Assembly: GCF_001194135.2 (NCBI RefSeq)
Contig: NC_068988.1
Coordinates: 25,406,547 to 25,447,373 of the forward strand
DNA length: 40,827 nt
Source: Octopus bimaculoides
Lineage: Eukaryota
Reading direction: 5' to 3'
Shown here one piece after another: positions 25,876 through 38,066 of this stretch. Position numbers and translations under genes: made by a program. Below the pieces are notes generated by a model that did not search any database, was not told where the DNA came from, and saw only the letters and a list, made by a program, of their open reading frames with translations. How positions within the stretch are numbered: position 1 is the first letter of the stretch; each line of letters starts with the position of its first letter.

Positions 25876-27898
25876 CAGTCTTCTAATAGTTACCAAAGTA
25901 CGAGCATACCACCCAGACGTCAGATCAGATCCAAATAGCATTACACTTTTTAAAAAGTACACAACACTAGGCTTAGAATAACACGTTATGTACGCAGTTC
26001 GCTTTGACATAATGTGTACACTGCTTGGATCTATGTGATTAACCAATATAATCATAATCTGTTTAAATGACGAGATTGTATATATATCGGCCTTATAGTA
26101 AATAAAGAAATTACTATGAAAATCATTTACTTCGGTATTTTGATTAATATTGGATTTTCATAAATATGCTCAATTGGGAATTTATGTTTCTAATACATAA
26201 ATTATCGGCTTAATTTGCACATAAATATACATGTGTATATGCTTTTATGCATACATGGATAATGCCTGTACATGGGTGTGATAAACAATATGTATTTTTG
26301 GAATGTAATCTTGGGGAAACCATTCAAAATCAGGCTGGTGCTTAATTGATGGTAATTTATGTATTCTCTGCTCTTCCTGTGCATTTGACGTTTTGGAAAA
26401 TTAAGGTTATCATTTAATAACGCTGTTGATAACTAAAAAACATGTTTTGCAATAATGTAAACACGATGATTTTAATAAAGAAATATTAATTTGCTAGTTA
26501 ACAATCTAATTAATTTTACAAACTTTGTTTTGTATTATATTATGGTACCTGAAATATGCATGTACTCAGTATGCACAAAATAATTACGCTGATAGAGAGA
26601 TACTTAGATGATCGAATGTGCAAGGACTCTGCATTAAAGAATATCACGAGATTAGATATGTTTTGTATATGTGTATTCTTATTGTAATGAAATAACAAGA
26701 TTTGAAATAGACGTATCCCTAGTGGTAAAGAACACTATAAATCGCAATGTTACGTGTAACCTATTTTAAATGTAGCAAGCTACAGCAAATACTGCCTATT
26801 AAAAATATTATATGCGCTTGTGTGTTTTTGCGTGTGTGCGTGTGTTTATGTGAGTACATATATGCGTATTTATGTATTCTCTTCTTCAGTCATAATCTTA
26901 GACGAAGCATTATGATGTGAGTCGTTTTGTAAGCCGCAGTGTTTAGATTCTATGCCAAGAGACTGGGAACAAGAAACCTAAAAATCTATAATTATTCCCA
27001 GGTAATTATTTCTACGAGATCTGTTTCTCCAGCGAATGTTAACAAATTGCTTCGCAACCATTTCGTTGCCACATCAATGGCTCTTATCTTGTATTCACTA
27101 TTTACAGGTAGATGTAACACTGATATCGAAGTTTCGGGACAGCCTTAATACAATTTTTGAAATGATACAAAGTATGTTGACAACGAAACGCTGGTTATTA
27201 TTTTCTGTACTTGACAAACCGCTAAGCAATTATCAAAATATAATGTGAAAAGTCAGCACATACCATATTACCAAAACCAATTATCTAAGTGCCACCGCAA
27301 AAACTATTTCGAAATCGTGGAAACAGAATTTACAACCGTTAACGGAAACGTTCATTTCTGTCCAAACGATAAAAATAACAAACAGAAACAATCCCAATGC
27401 AATTCTCAACTACACTAAAATGATTCAGTGCAGACAATAAGGTCGGGAAGATCTACAAATTTGATGGACAGTAGAAATTGGAGACTCGTAAAGAAAAAGA
27501 AGAAAAACACGCCAATCAAATGTTAATACTGGATCATTCGTGGCCTTCTTTTTTAAAAAACGTTTACACAAGTGCAAAACTTCACATACATCTCATCATG
27601 CAGGCTTGGAAATCTTTCTCGCTAGGTGATTTAACCAGATAATTTGCTCATACAATATCTTCCGCACAACAATCACATGCCTTATATTCCTTCCGATGTG
27701 CAGCTATAGTCCCATGTTAATTTTAAAATCTATTCTCCAGGCAAACAGTTTCAACTGTTTTAAAGCCATATTAGAATATTTTATAATATATGAAAGCAAA
27801 ACCATTGTATCTGATTTATTGACATTTTCATCAACTAAACTTTGTTCTTCCAGTCATATTGCTATACGATTTTTAAAGAAATAGCATTGCATTTTATT

Positions 27899-27957
27899 CA
27901 TATTCACAGAAGTGAATATGCAAAGAAGCATATTCACAGAAGTGAATATGCAAAGAA
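27899..27957. repeat. 30-bp tandem duplication of a hairpin unit
   Basis: CATATTCAC-AGAA-GTGAATATG-CAAAGAA(G) x2. Confidence 0.95.
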
Positions 27958-28591
27958 ACGAAAACCAACATTTCGAGAAATGCTATTGATAGTAGTCAAG
28001 GTTTGGAGGATTGGTGCTTCGAAATTAAAAGTAACTATCGTTTGAAATATTTTAACAATACCAAGCATGTTTCATTACTGTGAAATAGTTTTGATGAAAT
28101 GCGTTAGAAAAATACTATTGAAGCTTCTTAGCGTTTTGATTTTTGATAACAATCGTTGAGATAAATTCGTTCAGAAATTAACCTAATCCTTGTCTCAGTA
28201 AGCTTTGAAACAGCAATAATAGACATGTATTTTATCTTTTCACAACTCGTCTTACTCCCTACTCTCTCCTTTCATTCTGTCAATCTTCATAATCTTCGTG
28301 TTATTTCATCAACCTGTATTTGACCTATATCATTTATTATTCTCATTTTGCCATTGATATCATTGCTATAATTAGCTTTAAACGAAATTCTACTTCAACA
28401 GTTATGTTGATAACTGTTCCAGTGAGACTTTCTACTTTTTTGTTTTCAGTCAACTCCTCCTCAGATTTCATTATAAAACACCCTAATTTATAAAACAAAA
28501 TGTCGCCTGTATGTCTCAGACACTGAAGCTATTCCGTCTTTGGCTTGGCATTACTACTTTTGTTCATATACATTCAATGTTGTTTATGAAC

Positions 28592-28595
<4 letters not shown>

Positions 28596-28638
<43 letters not shown>
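28596..28638. repeat. (TA)n microsatellite
   Basis: Directly visible pure tract. Confidence 0.95.
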
Positions 28639-28639
<1 letters not shown>

Positions 28640-30114
28640 CTTAGTGTACGTTTAAACACAAAAGGGGTGACCCTGACAGGACATCTTACATACTAGAAGG
28701 AAGAGTCAAAATTCAAACCACGGTTAAGTGCAATTTTGAAGGGAATGAAAAATAATAAACATTTACCATACTTTGCTCCCGGACCTATGTTTTGAACTTT
28801 AATTAACAAATAAAACGATTTGCAAGGCAACCTAGATTACTCTTTACACATTCAGATATTCATTTTTATTCAGGCTTAGAGCTTATTTAATGAACATATA
28901 GAACGCAAGATAAAAAATTAGCAGCAAAAATAGTAGTTATATATAGAGAGCGTGATTTTTATATTGCATACTGTATATATTAATTCATCTTCAGACATAT
29001 CGTCATCTGCAAAAGAAAAAGGATACGTCAATTTAAACTATCGACTCACGCCTTACACGAAACTACTGATGAGAATAAATATGACGAAAATATTCCAGCT
29101 TCTCTTTAAAATCTAAATAAATGTGATTTGCAATTTCAGACATAAATGCCACTGAAACTTAGACAGAAAAGTCACTATAAATCACCAGAAAATGATAATC
29201 GATTTCAATGCAGTGGCTGGCTTAGATTCAGCTGGTTTCAGCATGAAAAATCGTAATCAGTAATCATAAACACTCTGCATAATGTATCTATAATTTTTAT
29301 GCTGTCTTCAAGATAATGTGTCAGGAATTGCGTTATCTGAAGAAACTCCATCTATATCTAATGTTTACTGTAGCGCTCAAAATAGTGCTATCATTTGGAA
29401 ATATACAATATTTTCAATGTTGATTTCACTGGCAGTAGGAACTGAAAATTAAACACATCTACAAACTGTACATCGCTATTCATATAGAAACGACATTTAT
29501 TTGTATAGCGATGTATGTGTCTGTGTGTTAATATGTGTGTTTATGTATGTATGTGTATTTGTACGTATGTATATCATGTCGATTTTACATAGTTGAATTA
29601 CTTCGATATTTTCAATCTCAGTATTCTTTACCAACGTTCTTTACAATTCTTCTGGCATACCTATTAAATGTTGAATTTTAAGTTTTGGGTTCTAAGTTAC
29701 CATTAAATATCATCAAGCCAGTTTCAGCAACATAAGTATGGAAAATATAAACTTTGCATTATATCGGAGAAAGAAAATTGATCTTAAATCGAAAGAGGAA
29801 ATCTGTATAGATATGTTATATAATATAAATGCATTCAATTTCTTATTTGTAACATAAATGTTAAATTAGAGAAACACGTGTATATTTCTCACTTTCCACT
29901 GAAATATTTTCTGCTTACATTCGCATGACTACATCATTTTTAATCACTAGATTTTTCAATAAAATATGTACCTGAAACATGGTAAAATCTCTATATCACA
30001 TACAGATTATAGTTTTAGATATAACTGAGAATATGCAAATTAATACATAAGACTATAGCTTAGGTGCACTAAATACTTTCCAGCCTACCTGAAGAATTTT
30101 TATGCGTGTGAATG

Positions 30115-30251
30115 ATAGTATGTATGTGTCTATACATATGTAGGTACATACATATACATGTATACGTATGTGTACGTATATACATATCTGTATATATACA
30201 TATGTATACGTATATACATATCTGTATATTTACATATATATATATATATAT

Positions 30252-30286
<35 letters not shown>

Positions 30287-30555
30287 CAAACACGTACACA
30301 CACACAGGCACCCGCACACACGCAGGCAGGCACACACACGCACGCACGCACGCACACACATACACTCACATACACACAAACACACAGGAACGCACGTACA
30401 CATCCATACGCACACACGAACATGTACCGTCTACGTAGACATGCCGACACACAAACAGTTACTGCTACACACACGGTAACATACACACACACACGCTATC
30501 ACATATACACAGTCCATCATACATACACACTCACTCTCCCGCACATACACAAATG
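30115..30555. repeat. Long degenerate compound microsatellite (TA/TACA/CA/CACG)
   Basis: Directly visible. It is the source of several low-complexity ORFs. Confidence 0.9.
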
Positions 30556-30559
30556 CCAA

Positions 30560-30720
30560 CCATTCTATACACTCTCGTTTTCTTTTGGACTTCCCCATGT
30601 CTCCTGTTTCCGAAGAAGAGCTTTGCTCGAAACGTAAAACAACCACTCTTTCTTTACTTCTCTGAGCGTCTTATTAATACTTTGCACGTACCACATCCTC
30701 ATGTTCTTGCTTTTTCCTGT
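30560..30720 (+). mobile_element. Probable terminal fragment of a Penelope-like element containing a minimal hammerhead-ribozyme-like motif (30605-30641)
   Basis: TGTTT-CCGAAGA-A-GAGC-TTT-GCTC-GAAA-CGT-A-AAACA. The CYGANGAAG...CGAAACGT signature is characteristic of Penelope-like element terminal repeats. No RT or GIY-YIG coding sequence is seen, and the outer boundaries are approximate. Confidence 0.55.
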
Positions 30721-31194
30721 TGCCTTTTTCTCCGTTTTTTTTAATGAACTATATATANNNNNNNNNNAGGGTACAAGCCAATGCACGATATTTCTAGAAA
30801 TAAGGGCCCAAACGACACAAGAACCGCAGTGAACCACTTATATACAATTCGGTCATTTTGAATTTGCCCCTGCATGCATATGGTTAATACACACATGATG
30901 ATGCGAGTATATTTAGCGCTCGGCAGTAATACGTTATGTGTGTACATTTCTATGTATTCTGCATATTCATGTGTGTGTGTGTTTTTAAGTGTTTGTGTAT
31001 GTGTTTACATGTGTGTATGTACCTTCTTACCCTTGTGTGTGCATATCTGAGTGTGTGTATGGGTTTTTGTGACTATGTACTGTGTCTATATGTATGGATG
31101 TGCACCTCCATATGGGTGGATGTGGGTCTCCATATGTCTCGTGTGAAGTGAAGTGTGTGTGTATATGGTCATGTGTTCAGTCTTCATTTGCATA

Positions 31195-31313
<119 letters not shown>

Positions 31314-31363
31314 GTACATCTACATAATAGCCAACAAAGTATTCTACCTGGATATAATCTATT

Positions 31364-31462
31364 TAAAATCCGGACATTAAGAAGCACCAGCTTAGCGAAA
31401 AATAGGAGTTATAAACACTCCTATTTTTAGCTAAGCTGGTGCTTCATAGTGTCCTGGTTTTA
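31364..31462. repeat. Long inverted repeat or hairpin (46-bp arms, 7-nt loop)
   Basis: 31364-31409 pairs with 31417-31462 with 5 mismatches. The inner 29 bp (GAAGCACCAGCTTAGCGAAAAATAGGAGT) has one mismatch, and the loop is TATAAAC. Confidence 0.95.
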
Positions 31463-33509
31463 CACACACACACACATACATATATATCGGCAACAGAAAC
31501 CGACAGAATAAAAACTAGGCTGGCAAAGAATAAATCCAGGCGCGCTCCTGTGTGTGTATACATATATACGTCTGTTTGTGTGTGTACATCAAGTGTTCAA
31601 CTTAAGATATAAAACGAGTCTCTATGTATTTCTAAATACGTATTTATGTACGTACATATTTAAACAGTCAAACTCTTTTCTCTATCATTGAATATGCGAA
31701 ATTAGTAAAATGAGGAATTATCTAATGTGTGTATGTCGCAGTCTGTTTGTGTGTTTTCCTCTATGTGTACATGTGTGTGCATGTTTGTGTTTGCGCGTGT
31801 GTGTGTTTCTGAGTATATCTGTGACATATATAAAACAAAGCATGTATAAGTATTTCTTTTCTGCCAATAAATATTTAAATATTTCATGACATCTCATTTT
31901 AAACATAGTTTTACTTTAATATGAATTATTGTTTTTCTGACTAGTCTATCACATTAATTCAATTAAATTTATTAATCATTTCAATTTATTAACACATTTC
32001 ATTCCCATGAGAAATGTATTTATCTATTATATGTTAACCTTCATTAAAATAACCTTAAATTCCAATTTAATTTCTTACTCTACTATCGTTCTTGTGATTT
32101 TTATCTTATGTATTCATTAACTAGTTGAGTTTGTTACGGTACCGAGGCAACTTCCTCCCGGTATATATGTATGTGCGTACCTTTGTATGTATGTGTCAAT
32201 AGATCAACTTTACATTACCTACCCCAATTTGTGACTAGAACACTTTATTGAAATATTATTATGTCTAAATAATTCCTAAATAATTGAAAATATTTACTTA
32301 AACTGCTTCTGCTGAGACGACAAAACAGATATCTTCTATATAAATATAACATGTAGACAAATTCGATTGAATTTTACTTGTTAATATAGTGTTAACATAA
32401 ACAATAATGCAATCAATCATACGCTATATATTTTTGCAGATTATCATATAGATGTTAATGAATATGATGTATCAATAAATATGGAATTAACATTAGCACA
32501 CATCAGCCATCATGCTGTTTAAGTCACTTGTAGCTGACGGATTAACTAATATGCCAAAACATGCACGGTGTATTATATTTTTAAAATCTTAAATATATAA
32601 ATCTTAATCTTGAAGGACAAGTATTTTTCACTTGATAATTTTTACATTTCTATTTGATATTTATTTGAATTATAATTGTTTAAATTGGATACCCTAAATA
32701 TCAAAAGCCATACCTTGAGATATCCTATCAATATAATATTGTTGAATCCATATCAGTGTTTCTCACAGAATTTAATCAGCGACATCTGATTTACCATATT
32801 AGTTTCATTGTGAATCGAAATAGAATATAATATATTTCATATATCTTTAGAATTTCAGAACAACCCTAGCGCATACATACATTATTCTACATACACAGTT
32901 ATTTTAAGATATATACGTTGTGCATATATAAATACTTTCCCAATTAAAGCGCACTATAGAAATGTCGGGTGTTTTTGCGTGTTGTTATTATTAAAAATAT
33001 GAGAGAAAATTTGCAAACACTTGTTTGAATGTTGAATTGTAAATTAAAATATTTGACATAATTTTGTAAATGAATGTGAATGATGGTAATGGCTGATTTT
33101 AAATGGAGAAATATCGTATTACATGTCATGTCACGTTTTTACTGCAATTCTGAATGTCATTGTAGTTACTTTCGCATATTGATTATTAAGTGGTTCTCAA
33201 TCAGTGATCCGCAAGGTGTAAATCGCTTAACTACTGATAACTTACAATATGCTTTTAAGTATTAAAATATTAACATTTGGCGTCTTGGAAATAGTTTTAT
33301 ACAAAATTTGATTGTATTCTAACAAGTTATCTAGTAATCTTCTATATAGGTTATCTCGAAAACAATTTGCTTAAAATTGTGTAAGGAGTGGGCGAGTAAG
33401 TTCCATTTATTCAACTGTTAATCTAAGCTGTAGGTAAAGCTACGCCAGTTAGTATGTATTAGTAAATGTATGTATAGATGTATGTATATTTGTATTATTA
33501 TGTATGTAT

Positions 33510-33562
<53 letters not shown>

Positions 33563-34714
33563 ATATATGTATTTATGCGTGTATTTATGTATTTATGTAT
33601 GTATACATACATACAAATGATTACGCCTACTGATGCAGAAACACGTGTCCAAAACATCCTTTTGCTGACAGTATGCCTGTCATTTTACTTAATGGCACTC
33701 CAAATTTAGAAAGTTCTTGGTATTAGCTGACGTTCACATAATACAGAGTCCGTCTTCTTTGACATTTGGTAATTATAAAACAACATCAAGAGAGGAGATA
33801 ATTTTCTTGAATCAACAATTATGCTGAGCATTTATACATATACACAGATCTGTGTGTATATGTGTTTGCATCTGAGGCTTGCTATCTGAATAAAAATTAA
33901 TTTACTGACGAAATCTAACAAGAACGAAACATACAGCTGATCCCAGTAGTTAACTTGAATCGCTGACCAATCCTAATCTGAACTGTCTATGGTAAAAAAT
34001 TACAGGTCCTTTCATTTCATGAAATTTTGTCTAACAATTTCTTGAATGTGCCCTGTTGATCGACATACTTCTACGAATTATACTACATATCTCAGAACAT
34101 CACACATGTTGAATGCCGATGTCTCTGTGCAATTTCCCATCACGTATTGTTGATATTCATAAGCAATTACATCACCTATTCATATATTCTCTTTTTAGAA
34201 TATGTCGAGACCAAAACTTGTCGTCTCAGCTCGACATTTGTTTTAAGACACAGCGCAGCCTGTATCTGCACTTTTTATATTTTATGATATAAAGTAGGTG
34301 AAGGTGCGATTGTATGGAATTTTGTTTCCCCAGTGACATAGTTTCAGGTTATCTAGTTCATGTTCGCTAAATCTTCACTAAATGTATTCATTCTTACATT
34401 GCGTCGGCACCGCTTGTGAGCGGTATATATATATATATATGAAATATAAATACACACACACACACATACACACATATATATACAGAGAGAGAGGGGGGCA
34501 TGTGTCAGTTTACGTTCATTTGACTACGGTTATCCTTCAGTCTGAGCTTAAGCCCAAACTGAAGGATAACATTATACACTATACGGCATCATTTTATTAA
34601 TTATTTACCGAACTAATATGTTACAAGAACGTAAACAAACTAACAGCAGTTGTGAAGTAGTGCCAATTAAATATAATCAGAAGGGAGTATACGCTCACTA
34701 AAACATGCATACGA

Positions 34715-34835
34715 CAGATTTCCGCAGGTTTTGTTTACTAAATGCATTCACAGGACTGCTTGACACTATTGTAGAATCACTTGTTCAAGGATCCTTGCAG
34801 ACAGACGGAACCTGAATCTTTGCAGTGTTCTATAC
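34715..34835 (-). mobile_element. Degenerate family A SINE fragment
   Basis: CTATTGTAGAATCACTTGTTCAAGGATCCTTGCAG resembles GCTGTAGTAGAAGATACTTGTTCAAGGTACCACGCAG in the copy at 10-160. Confidence 0.5.
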
Positions 34836-35297
34836 TATAGTAATCTCCACACCGATTATCTTTTCTGAAGGCGCTTATTTTCATCTCCAACGTGATTATA
34901 TAAATAAAATAATGACTTCTTATTCATCATTTTACTACATAATATTCGGTTATTTTACACTACAACCCTGATGTCAATGTTGTTATATTTTAGCGAGCAT
35001 ATTATTTCACAGGGATTCCTATTCTTGTCTAATTTGCTTTCTTCCTGTTTTCTACTTTATTAATAACTAGCAGAGATACCCGGCGTTGCCCGTGTTACAA
35101 ACAATTGAAAAATGAGACATTTCTGTTATATTTTCTGTAAGGAACTGGAATACATATGATTCGAATTTCATCAAAATTGCACATGAGGGTTCTTTCCCTC
35201 TTTACACACCCTAAAAAAATTCTAATCATGAGACATGTATCCCATACTATTGATCTTTATGCGCACATTCCAAAATTTCAGTCTTCTGGAACCTGTG

Positions 35298-35911
35298 AAA
35301 AAGATTTTGCTCCTGCAAAATGGAGCTCATGGAGCTCTAAAATGTGGGAATAAAGGCCCTTATTGCGGGTGGGGATGTTAATGTCAACCAGAGAAGTTGA
35401 ATTGTTGGGAAATGTTTTTACTTGGGTCTTATAGTATGCCTGTATATATGTGAGAGTATAGTCTCACTTTAATATTTTAATTTCATACTGAAACTATTAA
35501 AGTGAGACTTTAATAGTTTCAGTATGAAATTGAAAATATTAAAGTGAAAATATTTGAAATTACAGTAGCGACATGTTATTGTTTCACTTTTGACAGGTAA
35601 TACTGAAATAGTGGAATAGTTTCAGTGTTAGAGTGAAAGTATCTGACATTACAGTAGAGTGATGTTATTGTTTCATTTTTGACACATAATACTGAAATAG
35701 TGGAGGAGATAAGATATAGCTGTGGGCTCGAACTATGCAGGAAGTTAAAAAAAATTTGGGCCTAAGACACTACATGGACCTTAAAAGAATTTTTCTCCTG
35801 AAAAATGGAGCTCATGGAGCTGAAAATTGTGGGAGTTAAGGCCCCTATTGGTGATGGGTGTATTAATGTCAACCAGAGAAGTTTAATTGTTGGGAATCTT
35901 TTTAACTTGTG
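35298..35911. repeat. Internal direct repeats of the Helitron
   Basis: A ~128-bp unit at 35298-35425 recurs at 35783-35911 (CTCCTG.AAAATGGAGCTCATGGAGCT...AATGTCAACCAGAGAAGTT.AATTGTTGGGAA). A ~75-bp unit at 35541-35615 recurs at 35630-35703 (period 89). Confidence 0.9.
35464..35547. repeat. Fold-back palindrome inside the Helitron
   Basis: 35479-35503 and 35507-35531 form a perfect 25-bp stem with a GAG loop. After a 1-nt bulge, 35464-35478 and 35533-35547 add 15 perfect bp. Confidence 0.95.
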
Positions 35912-37425
35912 TGTAATATGTATTGTTTGAATTTCTTTAAAATAGGAAATATATGTATGTTCACTGAGATTGTAAAAGAGAGCAAAGCTACAGGAAAGCG
36001 AAAGACGAATGATCACGATAATCAGTCAGCTACCATAGCCTAGTCGTTACTACTCCCCAATGTAGGTTTCCTCACCATACAGTTGACAGGTACAGCTTTA
36101 AGATGCATTATGGATCTATAGCAATTGAAAGGGCATGACTCAATAGAAACAACAATGTGTGACGTTTGGAGTAAAGGGAAATGAAAGTGTCGCCTCTGGA
36201 GTTTGCAAATGACCACTCTACCGATAGGTAACTGGGCAGAAAATATTTACAATCAATAAATGTCTTCGAACAACCAGTCACTCNNNNNNNNNNGTCTTTG
36301 CTTAGGAAAAATGACTAAATTGTGGGTGTGAGGTCCCCATGAAGGGGTCTTTGTAACTTCTAAGAAGAAAAATTTTTAGAAATATTATTTTATTTGTGTA
36401 ATCTGTATGGTTAAAATTTCATCAACATCAAAAATATATGAATTTTCATGGGGGTTATGGCCATTATGGATAGAATATAATTTCCAAATTTCTTAAAGAT
36501 CCATTCAATACTTTTGACGTAGTTTTGGATAAGAAAACAAATGACTAATGTGTGTGTTTGTGTGCATATATATGTGTGTGTATATGGGTGTATATATGTA
36601 TAGATATTTGTATGCATTTATATATGTGTCCATATTAGATGTACACCTATATATATACATCTACATACATGTATACATATACATGTATGCATATAGATCT
36701 ATATATATATATATATATATCTATACATATACGTGTACATATACATGTATATGTATACATATACATCTCTCTCTCNNNNNNNNNNNNNNNNNNNNNNNNN
36801 NNNNNNNNNNNNNNNNNNNNNNNNNNNNNNNNNNNNNNNNNNNNNNNNNNNNNNNNNNNNNNNNNNNNNNNNNNNNNNNNNNNNNNNNNNNNNNNNNNNN
36901 NNNNNNNNNNNNNNNNNNNNNNNNNNNNNNNNNNNNNNNNNNNNNNNNNNNNNNNNNNNNNNNNNNNNNNNNNNNNNNNNNNNNNNNNNNNNNNNNNNNN
37001 NNNNNNNNNNNNNNNNNNNNNNNNNNNNNNNNNNNNNNNNNNNNNNNNNNNNNNNNNNNNNNNNNNNNNNNNNNNNNNNNNNNNNNNNNNNNNNNNNNNN
37101 NNNNNNNNNNNNNNNNNNNNNNNNNNNNNNNNNNNNNNNNNNNNNNNNNNNNNNNNNNNNNNNNNNNNNNNNNNNNNNNNNNNNNNNNNNNNNNNNNNNN
37201 NNNNNNNNNNNNNNNNNNNNNNNNNNNNNNNNNNNNNNNNNNNNNNNNNNNNNNNNNNNNNNNNNNNNNNNNNNNNNNNNNNNNNNNNNNNNNNNNNNNN
37301 NNNNNNNNNNNNNNNNNNNNNNNNNNNNNNNNNNNNNNNNNNNNNNNNNNNNNNNNNNNNNNNNNNNNNNNNNNNNNNNNNNNNNNNNNNNNNNNNNNNN
37401 NNNNNNNNNNNNNNNNAGAGATACT

Positions 37426-37458
<33 letters not shown>

Positions 37459-37693
37459 TTCTCATTTTTATATATATAGATTTCTCGGAAATACCTTATT
37501 TTACTAGTACTAGAAATGTTTCCGTTTGTTTAAATGTTAAAGATTCATTCTAACCATATAAGGGGAGTAAATACATAGTAATTATTAATATTGTTTGGAA
37601 ATACAGAATAACAATTCTTTTCTACCATATTCTGTCAACGAAGATAGTATTTCCGCTACAGCGTGTCGGTTATTGTATTATTTATATATAGTA

Positions 37694-38066
37694 GGAGCGC
37701 AATGGTCCAGTGGTTAGGGCAGCGGACTCGCGATTGTAGATTCGCGGTTTAATTTCTAGACCGGGCGTTTTGAGCGGTTTATTGAGAAAAAACACCTAAA
37801 GCTCCGACAGAGGGGTGGGGTGGTGAACCCTGCTGTACTCTTTCATCACACCTTTCTTCGTCTATATTTCTCCCTGTTTCTGTTGTACCTATATTTCAAA
37901 GAACCAGCCTTGTCACATTCTGTTTCAGGCTGAATATCCCCGAGAACTACGGTAAGAATACACGTGTCATTGGAGTGCTCAGCCACTTGCACGTTAATTT
38001 CAAGAGCAGGCTGTTCCGTTGATCGGATCAACTGGAACTCTCGTCATCATAACCGACGGAATACCA
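37694..38066 (+). mobile_element. tRNA-derived SINE, family C, near full length
   Basis: Head GGAGCGCAATGGTCCAGTGGTTAGGGCAGCGGACTCGCG...GGTTTAATTTCTAGACCGGGCG, homologous to 24816-24990. It ends in GCAGGCTGTTCCGTTGATCGGATCAACTGGAACTCTCGTCATCATAACCGACGGA. Confidence 0.85.

Larger units (their letters stand above)
35067..37480 (-). mobile_element. Non-autonomous Helitron, apparently with both ends
   Basis: Minus-strand 5' end A|TCTATATATATAAAAATGAGAATGTG (TC at 37480-37479). The 3' end is CACGGGCAACGCCGGG-TATCTCTG-CTAG|T, a GC-rich imperfect hairpin 8 nt before CTAG at 35070-35067. Removing the element restores an AT dinucleotide (35066/37481) with no TSD. Two N-gaps lie inside it. Confidence 0.75.

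Noticed and set aside
27108-27171. Plus-strand exon-like segment (tttacag|GTAGAT...ACAAA|gtatgt, VDVTLISKFRDSLNTIFEMIQ)
   Set aside because: The splice signals are reasonable, but there is no recognisable protein or partner exon, and such matches are expected by chance in 40 kb.
27899-27957. Palindromic direct repeat superficially like a CRISPR repeat
   Set aside because: Only two adjacent units with no unique spacer, no cas genes and a eukaryotic context.
29066-29095. CTGATGAG...GACGAAAA, a second hammerhead-like core
   Set aside because: No stem II, stem III or stem I pairing can be formed around it.
37694-37770. tRNA-like sequence with A and B boxes (also at 24915-24990)
   Set aside because: No clean cloverleaf, and it continues into shared SINE body sequence. 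It is a SINE head, not a tRNA gene.
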